Part shown: piece by piece, positions 1 through 8,724 of the stretch
Layout: each line of letters opens with the position of its first letter
Numbering within the stretch: position 1 is the stretch's first letter
Virus record (IMG/VR): IMGVR_UViG_3300025294_000007
Coordinates: 1 to 57,256 of that record
Length of the DNA: 57,256 nucleotides
Direction: 5' to 3' (one strand)
Source: a virus
Program-made: the position numbers and the translations under genes
Notes under the pieces: model-generated
The model's input: only the letters and a program-made list of their open reading frames with translations
What the model was told of the DNA's origin: nothing
The model's database searches: none

Positions 1-127
1 CTCTCTCCTTTTCAATTAATTTCGCTAGACTAAACGCAATCTTCTCGATGTCTGCTTCTTCGCGAACAGTGAATGAGTTGCCGGTAACTAAGACTCCACC
101 GCCGGTCCCGCCGCCGTTGCCTTCAGA
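1..127. repeat. Terminal overlap: identical to 57130..57256 (circular-closure / assembly overlap)
   Basis: Read directly: bases 1..127 are repeated base-for-base at the window end. 127 nt is a typical de Bruijn k-mer overlap of a circular contig. Confidence 0.95.
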
Positions 128-2212
128 ATACTCACGATTTTCTTTAGCAGTTAAAACGCGTTCTCCTTTGTGTAATCGTGCTGAGTATCCGTCATAGGGA
201 ACTGTGTCTAAACCGCTGTAGTGTGATTTCTTACCGTCCTTTTTACCATCGCCACCACCAAATAATCCGCCAACAAAGTTCACGCCTGCGCTGATTCCGT
301 TCGTAATCCAACTTGGCGGTTTAACTTTTCCGATATAGCCAATGAATTCCCTAATTTTATCGTAAACTGACGATATCCAACCAGTTAACGATTCGAACCA
401 ACCTTGTACGGTTGATAACGCGCCAGATAATTTATCAAACGCAGTTTTGACAGATGATGTAAGGAAGTCAACTAATGGGGCTAGTACGTTGTCCCATACC
501 CATTTAATAACCGCAGATAATGCCTCCCAAGCTAACCCTAGAGCCATTAAGATCGGCTGTGCAATTGCCCATAAAGTCGCGAATAGCTGCGCTAAGAACG
601 AAATTGCCGGAGCTATTATGTTATTGTAAACGATCATTACGATGTCTCCGAGCATCTGTATCCAATCCCATAAACCACTCAAAATCGGTGATATAATGTC
701 CCATGCGCTTGTTAAGATGTCAGATACAGTAGTCCAAACTGTAGAAAACGCCTCTTTCAATTGGTCAAATATCGGCTGGAATTGCGTTATTTTTTCAGTA
801 ATGTACGACTTGACTTCTTCAAATTTTGTTTTCAGCGACTCAAAGGAGCCTTCTCCGAAAATTTTATCGAATACTCCTCCTACACCACCTTCGTTAAAAG
901 CCGTCATCAACTCGGAAATTTTCGTTTTGATTCCATTAATGATTCCGTTGATTTTTTCAGCTACATCCGGTGGAAATAGAACGCTTATTAATCCTTCCAC
1001 ACCGCCTTTTTCGAAAACTGACCACAAGTCTTTTACTACGGTAACAACTCTTTCAATAGCACCGCGGAATGTTTCGCTATTGTCGTAAAGTGTTTTGAGT
1101 CCAATTGCTGCAGCTGCGATTCCGGCTGCGATTAACGAAATTGGGTTTAAGAGTGCCAAAATTGTACCTACTACAGCTAACGCAGCTACAAACGTAGCGA
1201 TAGCGCCTAAAGCGTATGTGATAGGCTCTCGCCATTTCATGAACGCGTCATACAGTGCGATTGCTTTATCTGTGACCTTTCCGAGCATTGAGCCAAGATT
1301 ATTAGCGATAGATTTGGTATCAAGTTTTCCAAATGCTGCGTTTACTCGCTTTAAGGCTTCGGATAGTTTGGAATTACTTTCCATGCCAATATCTCTAAAT
1401 AACGTCTGCATGCCCTCGCCAAGTTGAGACCATTGACCGAGCGTCGTATTGCCCATCTTATCAATCATTGATTGCCCTACGCCCATTTTGTCAAATGCAG
1501 CGCCTAAAGCCTTTACCCTGGGCATTAGCCCATCCATTTTAGCGATACTTTGTAGCGTTTTCTTGTCTACGCCTCCAACAGCATCTTGGAACGAGATATA
1601 ATCTCCTTGAAATAGCTCCTTAACTGAGAAAGCTGCTTGCTTTGTATCTACGCCTGAGAGCGCCTGTGCACGCTCGACTAATGACCATACCTGTTTTAGT
1701 TCGTCAACGTTCTTAGACATTCCGACAAATGCTTTAGAGTTATCTAACATGTCAGTACTATTTAATACGGGACTAGCCTGAGCTAATTTATCAACCATAT
1801 TAAGGTAGTCTTTCGTAGCCTTCTTATCCCCGATCATTCCTTCTAGAGCCATAGAGCTTTGTTCAAATCTAGCAGCTGCTCCTATTGTCGCTTCAAATGC
1901 TTTTGCAGCACCTTGTGCACCTACATAAGCTCCAGCGATACCAACTAATGCGCTTTGCATACCGCCTAATGACGCACTTAGTCCGCTAGAACTTACGTGC
2001 AATCTACTCACTTGCGTAGCAAATCCGCCCATTCGACTAGACGTCGAAGATACTGCGCCACCAAGTCTAGTAGTAGCAGATTGAGCCCTCGTCATACCAT
2101 CACCAGTCGCTTTACTGGTTCTATTCATTTGATCCATCATCTGCGTGATTTTGCGCATCTTCGAGGAGCCTTCGTCTTTCATCTTAAAAATAGCCGTCAA
2201 GTTTACTGCCAC
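1..2212 (-). CDS. Tail tape measure protein (5' 2212 nt; the ORF runs off the window start and finishes at 57116 after circular closure, about 741 aa in total)
   Basis: GTG at 2212..2210 follows SD AAAGGAGG. I read the frame as open to base 1, and it is in frame with 57129..57116 (..IEKERVQVG, stop TAA 57118..57116). The protein is Ala/Gly/Leu-rich with hydrophobic segments, and the gene sits directly after the chaperone pair. The plus-strand ORFs listed for 447..2311 are its antisense shadows. Confidence 0.85.
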   Translation of the reverse strand, partial: MAVNLTAIFKMKDEGSSKMRKITQMMDQMNRTSKATGDGMTRAQSATTRLGGAVSSTSSRMGGFATQVSRLHVSSSGLSASLGGMQSALVGIAGAYVGAQGAAKAFEATIGAAARFEQSSMALEGMIGDKKATKDYLNMVDKLAQASPVLNSTDMLDNSKAFVGMSKNVDELKQVWSLVERAQALSGVDTKQAAFSVKELFQGDYISFQDAVGGVDKKTLQSIAKMDGLMPRVKALGAAFDKMGVGQSMIDKMGNTTLGQWSQLGEGMQTLFRDIGMESNSKLSEALKRVNAAFGKLDTKSIANNLGSMLGKVTDKAIALYDAFMKWREPITYALGAIATFVAALAVVGTILALLNPISLIAAGIAAAAIGLKTLYDNSETFRGAIERVVTVVKDLWSVFEKGGVEGLISVLFPPDVAEKINGIINGIKTKISELMTAFNEGGVGGVFDKIFGEGSFESLKTKFEEVKSYITEKITQFQPIFDQLKEAFSTVWTTVSDILTSAWDIISPILSGLWDWIQMLGDIVMIVYNNIIAPAISFLAQLFATLWAIAQPILMALGLAWEALSAVIKWVWDNVLAPLVDFLTSSVKTAFDKLSGALSTVQGWFESLTGWISSVYDKIREFIGYIGKVKPPSWITNGISAGVNFVGGLFGGGDGKKDGKKSHYSGLDTVPYDGYSARLHKGERVLTAKENREYSEGNGGGTGGGVLVTGNSFTVREEADIEKIAFSLAKLIEKER

Positions 2213-2781
2213 CTATTTTCCTCCTTTCTGGCGCTCTTTCTCCGCCTTTTCTTCCTCTTCAATAACAAGCATCTCAGATGCGTAGATGAAATTCTTATGA
2301 CGCCTATCTAACGCAAATATTTCTTGTGGTAACTTATGCTTATCTTGCCATATGCGGTGCAGCAAGTACGCCTCGCCGCCCGCCTTAATTAGTTTTTTAC
2401 TTCTTCGATTTCTTCTTCATCGTCAAATCCAGATAGCGTCATAATTGAACTTTGTAAAGTCAGAATTTCACCGGCTAATAACGCCTTTTGTACGCACTCT
2501 CCAGCGTCAGATGCTTTAAAATGCGTAAGTAAATCAGTATTAGCAAAGTTAGGTTCGATTGTCGCCTTAACGATGAGTGAGCGAGACACTTCTTCCTCGT
2601 TCACTTTTAACTCCGTTTTCTTACCGTTTTTAACTGGGTACGTTGCTTGCTCTCGAATCTTATCAATGTCCTCGCCTGTCAATGCCTTAATCGTAAAATC
2701 CGTACCTAATCGTTTGATCTTCACCTGATCCGTAATTTCTGTTGCTGGCTTTGCGCCTAATAATGCTTGTAATGCATCCAT
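2213..2781 (-). CDS. Tail assembly chaperone, -1 frameshift-extended product (gpGT-like), about 189 aa
   Basis: After the slip at 2392..2398 the -1 frame stays open for 58 codons (LIKAGGEAYLLHRIWQDKHKLPQEIF...EKERQKGGK). It stops at TAG 2215..2213, abutting the tape measure GTG. The extension has no SD and no start codon near its 5' end. Confidence 0.75.
2389..2781 (-). CDS. Tail assembly chaperone (gpG / XkdN-like), 130 aa
   Basis: Small acidic protein between the tube and tape measure genes. It ends in the slippery heptamer A_AAA_AAC immediately before its stop. Confidence 0.8.
   Translation of the reverse strand: MDALQALLGAKPATEITDQVKIKRLGTDFTIKALTGEDIDKIREQATYPVKNGKKTELKVNEEEVSRSLIVKATIEPNFANTDLLTHFKASDAGECVQKALLAGEILTLQSSIMTLSGFDDEEEIEEVKN
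2392..2398 (-). promoter_or_regulatory. Programmed -1 ribosomal frameshift heptamer A AAA AAC
   Basis: It matches the X XXY YYZ pattern in the correct zero frame (GTA AAA AAC TAA). Confidence 0.75.
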
Positions 2782-2816
2782 GTATAATTACCTCCGTTAT
2801 TTGAGTTTATTTTCGA

Positions 2817-2851
2817 ATTAAAAAGACGCTAAGAGCCGTAGCTCTTGCGTC
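2817..2851 (-). terminator. Intrinsic terminator after the tail tube gene
   Basis: Minus-strand stem GACGCAAGAGC/GCTCTT(A)GCGTC (11 bp, one bulge) followed by TTTTTAATT. Confidence 0.6.
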
Positions 2852-2862
2852 ATTGCGTTAAT

Positions 2863-3294
2863 TTAAATAGTGATATATTCATAGCCTTCGCAGACGAACT
2901 GCAATTCTTCCTCAACTAGCGAGCCGTGCTCGAAGTTGATTACTGGAATATTCGTAAACTGCACGCCTTTAATTCGGATTTTCTCCGCACTAACAGGCGC
3001 ATTTTCCGGGTCCTCTAAAGCTACGATAAGCTCCGTTACAAACGCACCTTTAGTGTCATCCGTAATCTGTCCAATCTTCTTCGCAAAATCGTTGCTCATT
3101 TTGTAAGACTTTATCGTGCCAGTAAATTCGAAGTCCATCGCTTTTTTACCTTTAGCGCGAGTACCCGAACGCTTAACATCTTCGTAGTTAATTTCGCCAT
3201 TTACTTCAACGCCATATACGTTTGTAAGCCATTGTCCTTCGTGGATTAGCTTCCCAAACGTCCCACTTACGGCATCTGTTGATTTCATAACCAT
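2863..3294 (-). CDS. Tail tube protein (XkdM-like), 143 aa
   Basis: Size and position immediately downstream of the sheath gene. Confidence 0.75.
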   Translation of the reverse strand: MVMKSTDAVSGTFGKLIHEGQWLTNVYGVEVNGEINYEDVKRSGTRAKGKKAMDFEFTGTIKSYKMSNDFAKKIGQITDDTKGAFVTELIVALEDPENAPVSAEKIRIKGVQFTNIPVINFEHGSLVEEELQFVCEGYEYITI

Positions 3295-3338
3295 TCGCTA
3301 TTACCTCCTGCGTTATATTTACTTTGAAAAGACGACTA

Positions 3339-4418
3339 CTAAACAGTAATCGTCAAGAAAATACGTTCCATGCTGTCGACTTCTTTGTAATTTACAGCAA
3401 GGAATACTTTGTCACCTTCGGATTCATATCGAGAGTCAAGCGCTACTTGTGGATCCATCAAAACGTTATCGGTTTCCATCAACTCTAAATATCCTTTAAT
3501 TGCGCCGATTAAGGAAGCCTGACCAAGAGGATTATTATCGACTTTACCGATATAGCTGTCACGCGCTGTTGATGGAATATCCGTCGCAATAGCTTGCTTA
3601 GCCCTAGCTTTACGGATTTTACCTCGCTCGCCAGCATTTGAGTCCGTCGTGATACCTTGCTCGATACGCACTTTATTACCGTCTTTGATGATTACGAGTG
3701 AGCCACTAATCAACGCTTTGTTTACTTGCGAATTTTTAAGTCGTAAAGTAACATCTGCAATCGGTAACTCAGCGTAAGTAATCGATTTATTGATCGGCGT
3801 GCCTGCGATAAGTCCTGCGATAAATGGCGCATAATCCGCCGATTGAACTTCTCTACCGTCTGCCAAAATAACGCCAGTTACCAGGTTGACGATGTATGGA
3901 TCTTTTAAAAGAATTGAACGTGCGTTGCCAGACTCAATATCTGCATCGCTTGCGGCATCTCCCCCAGCTACATACATGAAGTGCTTGCCTTCTTCGCGAC
4001 AGCTCTCTACCCACGCTTTAGTCGCTGTTTGCTCTGTAGCATCGACTACAGTAGGGTAAACAAAGACGTTAAAGTCTTGTACCGAAAGTGCATCTCGTAA
4101 ATTAGCGTATTGTACATTGCCTTCTTCCGGGACAACAAGCGCCGGTACTGCGTATACTAAAACCTCTTTAGCACCACCTTGTAAAATACGAGTAATTGGC
4201 GTTGAATTAGCGTTACCCACTAACTCGATACCGTCTGATACGGTTTCAATCGTATAAAATTTTCCGGATTCCGCTGTACCCCCATACGTAAAAATCGGTA
4301 CTGCTACAGTTCCTCGTGACCCCCCAGTAATGGAAGCGATAGCTGCGTCTCGGAAATTGATATACAGTCCAGGACGGACCGGTAATGATGTAGCTTCCCA
4401 CTGACCACCATTTGCCAT
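3339..4418 (-). CDS. Contractile tail sheath protein (XkdK-like), 359 aa
   Basis: Size and position upstream of tube/chaperone/tape measure. The N-terminus MANGGQWEATSLPVRPGLYINF is typical of small sheath proteins. Confidence 0.8.
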   Translation of the reverse strand: MANGGQWEATSLPVRPGLYINFRDAAIASITGGSRGTVAVPIFTYGGTAESGKFYTIETVSDGIELVGNANSTPITRILQGGAKEVLVYAVPALVVPEEGNVQYANLRDALSVQDFNVFVYPTVVDATEQTATKAWVESCREEGKHFMYVAGGDAASDADIESGNARSILLKDPYIVNLVTGVILADGREVQSADYAPFIAGLIAGTPINKSITYAELPIADVTLRLKNSQVNKALISGSLVIIKDGNKVRIEQGITTDSNAGERGKIRKARAKQAIATDIPSTARDSYIGKVDNNPLGQASLIGAIKGYLELMETDNVLMDPQVALDSRYESEGDKVFLAVNYKEVDSMERIFLTITV

Positions 4419-4420
4419 AA

Positions 4421-4882
4421 CTAAATTCCTCCTTCGTCAATTGCTGCGTGAATTTCACGCATTTTTTCATATTGTAGTTGCGTGTATGCCTCACGTAATG
4501 AAACGTTAAGAACACCAACAACCGCATAAACTCCGTCCGTATCCGTTTTGAATGGTGCGGACATAGAAAAAGACTCAAACGTCATAAAGTCGCTAGAGCC
4601 TCGAATTTGTACTTTTTTAGATAAGTAATCGCTCAATTTTGACCGGATTAGTTTCGATTTACTTAAACAGTCAACTTCATTGTTTCCGAAATATATTATC
4701 TGGTAATTACGATCAATTTCGTACGCTGCTTGCGTGAAATCCGTATCTGAGTCACCTTGCCATCGAATGCCTATCGTATTAGCGACATAGCTCTTCGGTA
4801 AATCTTGCTTATAGAAGCGAGTGACGCCTACAGCCGTCAGTAAATCGCCAATTGTATTAATTTCTCCGATTATGTCCGCCAT
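4421..4882 (-). CDS. Tail completion / sheath-proximal protein (XkdJ-like position), 153 aa
   Basis: Gene order only. Confidence 0.5.
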   Translation of the reverse strand: MADIIGEINTIGDLLTAVGVTRFYKQDLPKSYVANTIGIRWQGDSDTDFTQAAYEIDRNYQIIYFGNNEVDCLSKSKLIRSKLSDYLSKKVQIRGSSDFMTFESFSMSAPFKTDTDGVYAVVGVLNVSLREAYTQLQYEKMREIHAAIDEGGI

Positions 4883-4885
4883 AGA

Positions 4886-5290
4886 TTACCACCCAGCCTT
4901 TCTAAGTTCGGATTGTATTTCATCCTCTAACCATTGCGCCCATTTATCTTGATTTCGTTGCGCTGGTTTATCGAGGAATTTCTTTTCTCCATTGACACTT
5001 TTGCCGCCTGCATTTTCTTCGTGAATGTAATAAGCGTAATTAAAGCGCCTTAATCCGCGAGTTGCATTTGCGGAAATTTCAACACCAGGCCCGTTACCGT
5101 CCGTAAATACTTCGGTTTTTATCTGCTCACGTAAGTTACCCGTATCGATTGGTGCAATATCAACCGATTCTGCTTTCCAATCGTTCTTAATATCTGTAAG
5201 TCCATTTTTTAATCCGCGTGCTGTAGCGTCAATAGACTTACGTAGTGCTTGTGATAATAGATCGGATTCGAAATAAAATTCGCCTGCCAT
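4886..5290 (-). CDS. HK97 gp10-family head-tail joining protein, 134 aa
   Basis: Central ..RFNYAYYIHEENAGG...KFLDKPA.. pattern, plus position. Confidence 0.6.
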   Translation of the reverse strand: MAGEFYFESDLLSQALRKSIDATARGLKNGLTDIKNDWKAESVDIAPIDTGNLREQIKTEVFTDGNGPGVEISANATRGLRRFNYAYYIHEENAGGKSVNGEKKFLDKPAQRNQDKWAQWLEDEIQSELRKAGW

Positions 5291-5299
5291 TTCGCCACC

Positions 5300-5623
5300 T
5301 CACAGAAAAACGGATGTTAACGCTACTTTTCCACTTACCATCCGTGTGTATTTTATTGATATTGGCTTACGCTCAATAGTGACGCCAAGTTCATTTGTAA
5401 ACGAAAACTTATCGTTGTATCCAACGTCAGGCATTTTATCGAACATTAATTTCAGTGAGGATGTTACTTCTTCACCAAGTTGATTCGTAACAGCCTCGAA
5501 TCGTTCTGTGGCTCTGACCGCATATTCAACTGGCTCTGCGTAATCATCAGTCGACCAACCATCGTTATTGTCTGCGACGTATTTATGCACAGTTGCCTTC
5601 TGTTTCAGTGGTACAATCGCCAT
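5300..5623 (-). CDS. Head closure / head-tail adaptor protein, 107 aa
   Basis: Gene order and size. Confidence 0.5.
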   Translation of the reverse strand: MAIVPLKQKATVHKYVADNNDGWSTDDYAEPVEYAVRATERFEAVTNQLGEEVTSSLKLMFDKMPDVGYNDKFSFTNELGVTIERKPISIKYTRMVSGKVALTSVFL

Positions 5624-6133
5624 CTACAACGTCACCCACTTTATACGACCGTTATTACTGTCGATTTTGGGATTAGCTTCGGCGATCAAATCACGAATAT
5701 CATCCGTAATGAGATCATCGAGTTCTTTCTTTGCCCAATCCTTGAATGTAAAGCTAATGCCATCAATACTAAATCCTGCAATACCTCGTTGAGCCATTAC
5801 GGTAGTATCATTAAAGTTTGCGTTGAGGACGCAGGAAAATAGATAAGTTGCTTCGATTGGAATAACATAGCCTTTATATGCACGCTGTAATGTTCGCTTG
5901 GCAACGTTTAAAAAACGTACCTGCGTCGTAGAGTCTGACGATAAAAAGTCCTCATTATCGACTGCCTGATATGTTACATATTCAATTGTTTCCGTAAGAT
6001 TCCACCCACTGATGATAATCGGCTCATTTTCTGTTGTTGTTTCCGTTTCATTCGGTTCTGGAGTCTCCGGTGGTTGCTGCGGTTCTGATTCAATAGGGTC
6101 GCCCCACTCGTCATACTGTGTCATATGCGTCAC
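5624..6133 (-). CDS. Head-tail connector (gp6/YqbG-like) with an acidic Pro/Glu/Thr-rich N-terminus, 169 aa
   Basis: Gene order. The N-terminal 45 aa are low complexity (EPQQPPETPEPNETETTTENEP). Confidence 0.5.
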   Translation of the reverse strand: MTHMTQYDEWGDPIESEPQQPPETPEPNETETTTENEPIIISGWNLTETIEYVTYQAVDNEDFLSSDSTTQVRFLNVAKRTLQRAYKGYVIPIEATYLFSCVLNANFNDTTVMAQRGIAGFSIDGISFTFKDWAKKELDDLITDDIRDLIAEANPKIDSNNGRIKWVTL

Positions 6134-6138
6134 CTCCG

Positions 6139-6345
6139 TTATTTTGCGGAGGCTCTACGTGCTGACGTTTTAGCGGCTGGCTTTGCCTCCGGTTTTGGTT
6201 CATCAACGCAAATTGCGTCTGCAATTTCGTCTAGTACGGCAATATCATCCTTGTTGGTGGTTACATAAGTGCCGTTATTAAATCGCTTTAATTCATCGTT
6301 GACGTAAAAGCCTAACGACTTATAACGAGATTCATACTTTGCCAT
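6139..6345 (-). CDS. Small head-associated protein, 68 aa (start moved to the ATG behind SD AAAGGAG)
   Basis: The ORF-track start at 6369 is a TTG upstream of the SD. ATG 6345 follows AAAGGAGCGCAATC. Confidence 0.5.
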   Translation of the reverse strand: MAKYESRYKSLGFYVNDELKRFNNGTYVTTNKDDIAVLDEIADAICVDEPKPEAKPAAKTSARRASAK

Positions 6346-6376
6346 GATTGCGCTCCTTTCGTATTTCAATAAAGCG

Positions 6377-6398
6377 TTAAAGGCGGTACGTGACCGCC
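6377..6398 (-). terminator. Hairpin after the major capsid gene
   Basis: GGCGGT-cacgt-ACCGCC followed by CTTTAACGCTTTATT on the minus strand. The U tract is weak. Confidence 0.4.
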
Positions 6399-6407
6399 AA
6401 TTCGCTA

Positions 6408-7493
6408 TTATTTTAAGCCTTTGATACGAGCGTGCGCTTTCTCTTGCTTAAATTCTAGTAAAAATTCGCCTACGATTTGACCTTCTTGGTAATCGCCCTT
6501 TACTCCTAAGAATGTATGTGCAAACTCGCGACCTTTAAGTGGTTTAATTTCTGTACGGTTAGCATCGATAATAAATACTTCGTCAGGCGCTACGTTGTTG
6601 TTCAGTAAGATTTCTGCAGAACCGAAGTCTGATAAGAAGTGATCTACGACTTGACCACGACCGTTATCTTGGCGAGCGATTGAAATCTTATCTTTGTCTG
6701 CTGCGGATAAAGCACGTTTTTGTTTAGCGCCTACAATAATTTTATAGTTACCACCTGTAGCGAAACCGCCTGCCTCATAAATCGCTTGGAAAGCGTCACC
6801 TAAAGCATCAAGTGTTAATTCAGCGTCAGCCTTATCGAATACATTCGTTTGAATAAAGTTACGAATACCGCCAGTTTGACGTACTTTACCGTCTGCTGAT
6901 TCGTATTTCACGCCATTGATTACTGCTTTTTCAAGTTGTAATGCAAGTTCTAACAGTTTCTTTTGTTTTTCGTATTCGTAAAGATCGTCAATGCCGTATT
7001 CAGAAGTTGCTGCGGCTGTACCAGAAATTGATACTGTTTCGTCGAAGATTTGTGTTAAGTTAGATACACGTTTACGTGATTTGTGACGTGCTTTACGAGC
7101 GTCAGCACCTTCGATACCTTCAACGAATTGGAATTCTACTTTAGCGCCATCTACTATAACGCCTGCTGTAGTTCCAGCATAGCCACGAGTTACAGTAAGT
7201 TCATTCGCATTAACTACCTTAACTAGTAGCAATTCTTCGCCTACTTTTACTACATGCTTCGGTTCAAAGATAGATCCGTCTGCAACTGTAATTTTAGTAG
7301 CATCCACTGCGGCTGCTGATGCAGTCGTTTCATCTGCATACATTTCATCCTCAAACCATTGATGTTCAACTTGGGCTACTGGATCGCCAAAGCCTACTAA
7401 GTTAATCATTGGTGTCTGATGTGGATTTAAAAGTAATAGTTCGTCTGTTACCGACTCTTTCTTGCCTACGATTTGATTCTGTAAAATTGTCAT
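6408..7493 (-). CDS. Major capsid protein, 361 aa
   Basis: Size, position after the scaffold gene, strong SD, and a hairpin downstream. Confidence 0.8.
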   Translation of the reverse strand: MTILQNQIVGKKESVTDELLLLNPHQTPMINLVGFGDPVAQVEHQWFEDEMYADETTASAAAVDATKITVADGSIFEPKHVVKVGEELLLVKVVNANELTVTRGYAGTTAGVIVDGAKVEFQFVEGIEGADARKARHKSRKRVSNLTQIFDETVSISGTAAATSEYGIDDLYEYEKQKKLLELALQLEKAVINGVKYESADGKVRQTGGIRNFIQTNVFDKADAELTLDALGDAFQAIYEAGGFATGGNYKIIVGAKQKRALSAADKDKISIARQDNGRGQVVDHFLSDFGSAEILLNNNVAPDEVFIIDANRTEIKPLKGREFAHTFLGVKGDYQEGQIVGEFLLEFKQEKAHARIKGLK

Positions 7494-7583
7494 AAATTAT
7501 TAACTCCTTTAAGTTGTTTTAGATTTGATGTGTGCGGATTTTCCGCAATATAAAAAGCCGTCAGCTATATATCTGCTAAACGA

Positions 7584-8303
7584 CTATTTACCGAGTTGTT
7601 TTTTCAATTGTGCGTATGCAGCCTTATCCTTTAGTAAGCCCGTTTGTCGCGCTTTTTCTGCTGCTTCTGAGAGTAATTGGTCGGTTGTTTTTTCTACCGA
7701 CTGTTGACCACCGTTGGTAGCCTGTCCGATAGGTTGCGTTTGTTTCTTTGCTACCAGGTACGGTTTATTTTCAATAAGCGTCTTAATAACGTCATCTACA
7801 CCGTTTACTTTGCCATCTTCACTGATTTCAATTGAAGTTAGATCAGACAATGCAATGGCTGCGTCAATGTCGATAACGTTTGCGCTTGATGCTACCTTAA
7901 TAAACTCACTCTTAATCGCTTGTTGGCGTGTATTGTTACGTTCGGCTTCAAGCTGTGCCGTTAATTCCGTTAACTGTACCTCGAAATTTTTGGCTTGTTC
8001 TTGTGCTTTTTCAACTTCGCCTAATTCAGCAAGGCGTTGTTCTTCTGCCTTTTGTTCATATTTCTCTAACTGTGTTTTTAAATCATGGTAGTCAGCAAAC
8101 TTTTTACGTTCACGTTCAATGCGTTTAGCGATTAATTCATCTAATTGCGTTTGGGTAAACGTCTTTTCTGTGTTCTCAGACGCATCGAGTTTTGTTTCTG
8201 CGGACTCTTGTCCATTTGGATTCGTCTCAGGCGTAGTTGACTCGCCGTCTTCTGCAAAATATTGTAGGTTTAGCGTTAATAAGGCGTTGAATTTGTTAAT
8301 CAT
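7584..8303 (-). CDS. Capsid scaffolding protein, 239 aa
   Basis: Coiled-coil protein rich in Glu/Lys/Gln/Ala, immediately upstream of the capsid gene. Confidence 0.75.
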   Translation of the reverse strand: MINKFNALLTLNLQYFAEDGESTTPETNPNGQESAETKLDASENTEKTFTQTQLDELIAKRIERERKKFADYHDLKTQLEKYEQKAEEQRLAELGEVEKAQEQAKNFEVQLTELTAQLEAERNNTRQQAIKSEFIKVASSANVIDIDAAIALSDLTSIEISEDGKVNGVDDVIKTLIENKPYLVAKKQTQPIGQATNGGQQSVEKTTDQLLSEAAEKARQTGLLKDKAAYAQLKKQLGK

Positions 8304-8380
8304 AGCGTATTACCTCCGTTTTTTGAGCCTACGTAGGCTGTAGTTTCCGTTATTATTTAACGTCCTTTCCGTTCGGACAT

Positions 8381-8422
8381 AAAAATACCGCAACTCATTT
8401 ATTTCTCAGAGTGCGGTTTTTA
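8381..8422 (-). terminator. Bidirectional-looking hairpin after the toxin/immunity pair
   Basis: ACCGCA (8387..8392) pairs with TGCGGT (8412..8417), flanked by A- and T-runs. Confidence 0.45.
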
Positions 8423-8722
8423 TGAAAGATAAGATTCTGCTATTTCTATATCGTGCGCTATTAGTAAATTAGGATATTTTTTATCTAGTCTTTTGAGGCA
8501 ATCAGCGTATTCTTTACTTTGAAATACGTGTGCCAAGTCGTCAAAAATTGATGAAATCCAAGAAGCTTCTTCTTCGGTACATGTATCCAAAAAATGAATT
8601 GTATCTTTTTCAGCATTAAATTCTAAAACCAACTGATTCCAATAATTTTCGATTGCAGGATCGTTTATGTGCAATTCTTTCATTTTCTCAATAATATTCG
8701 TAATGTTACCTGTGTTAATCAA
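8420..8722 (-). CDS. Candidate immunity protein for the MuF C-terminal toxin, 100 aa, acidic
   Basis: TTG start 6 nt after SD GAGGAAGGTGA and 2 nt after the toxin stop, which suggests translational coupling. The region is visibly AT-rich and is followed by a hairpin. Confidence 0.5.
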   Translation of the reverse strand: MINTGNITNIIEKMKELHINDPAIENYWNQLVLEFNAEKDTIHFLDTCTEEEASWISSIFDDLAHVFQSKEYADCLKRLDKKYPNLLIAHDIEIAESYLS

Positions 8723-8724
8723 AT

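Noticed and set aside
447-2311. Several plus-strand ORFs of 60-148 aa (447..629, 642..1088, 761..979, 1095..1427, 1997..2311).
   Set aside because: They lie antisense to one long minus-strand ORF, the tape measure gene, which has a proper SD and start and fits the gene order. Their composition is Ser/Ile/Phe-rich, they lack SDs, and they look like shadow ORFs.
4246-4578. 110-aa minus-strand ORF overlapping the sheath start and the upstream gene in another frame.
   Set aside because: It is fully nested across two well-supported genes, has no SD, and has unusual composition.
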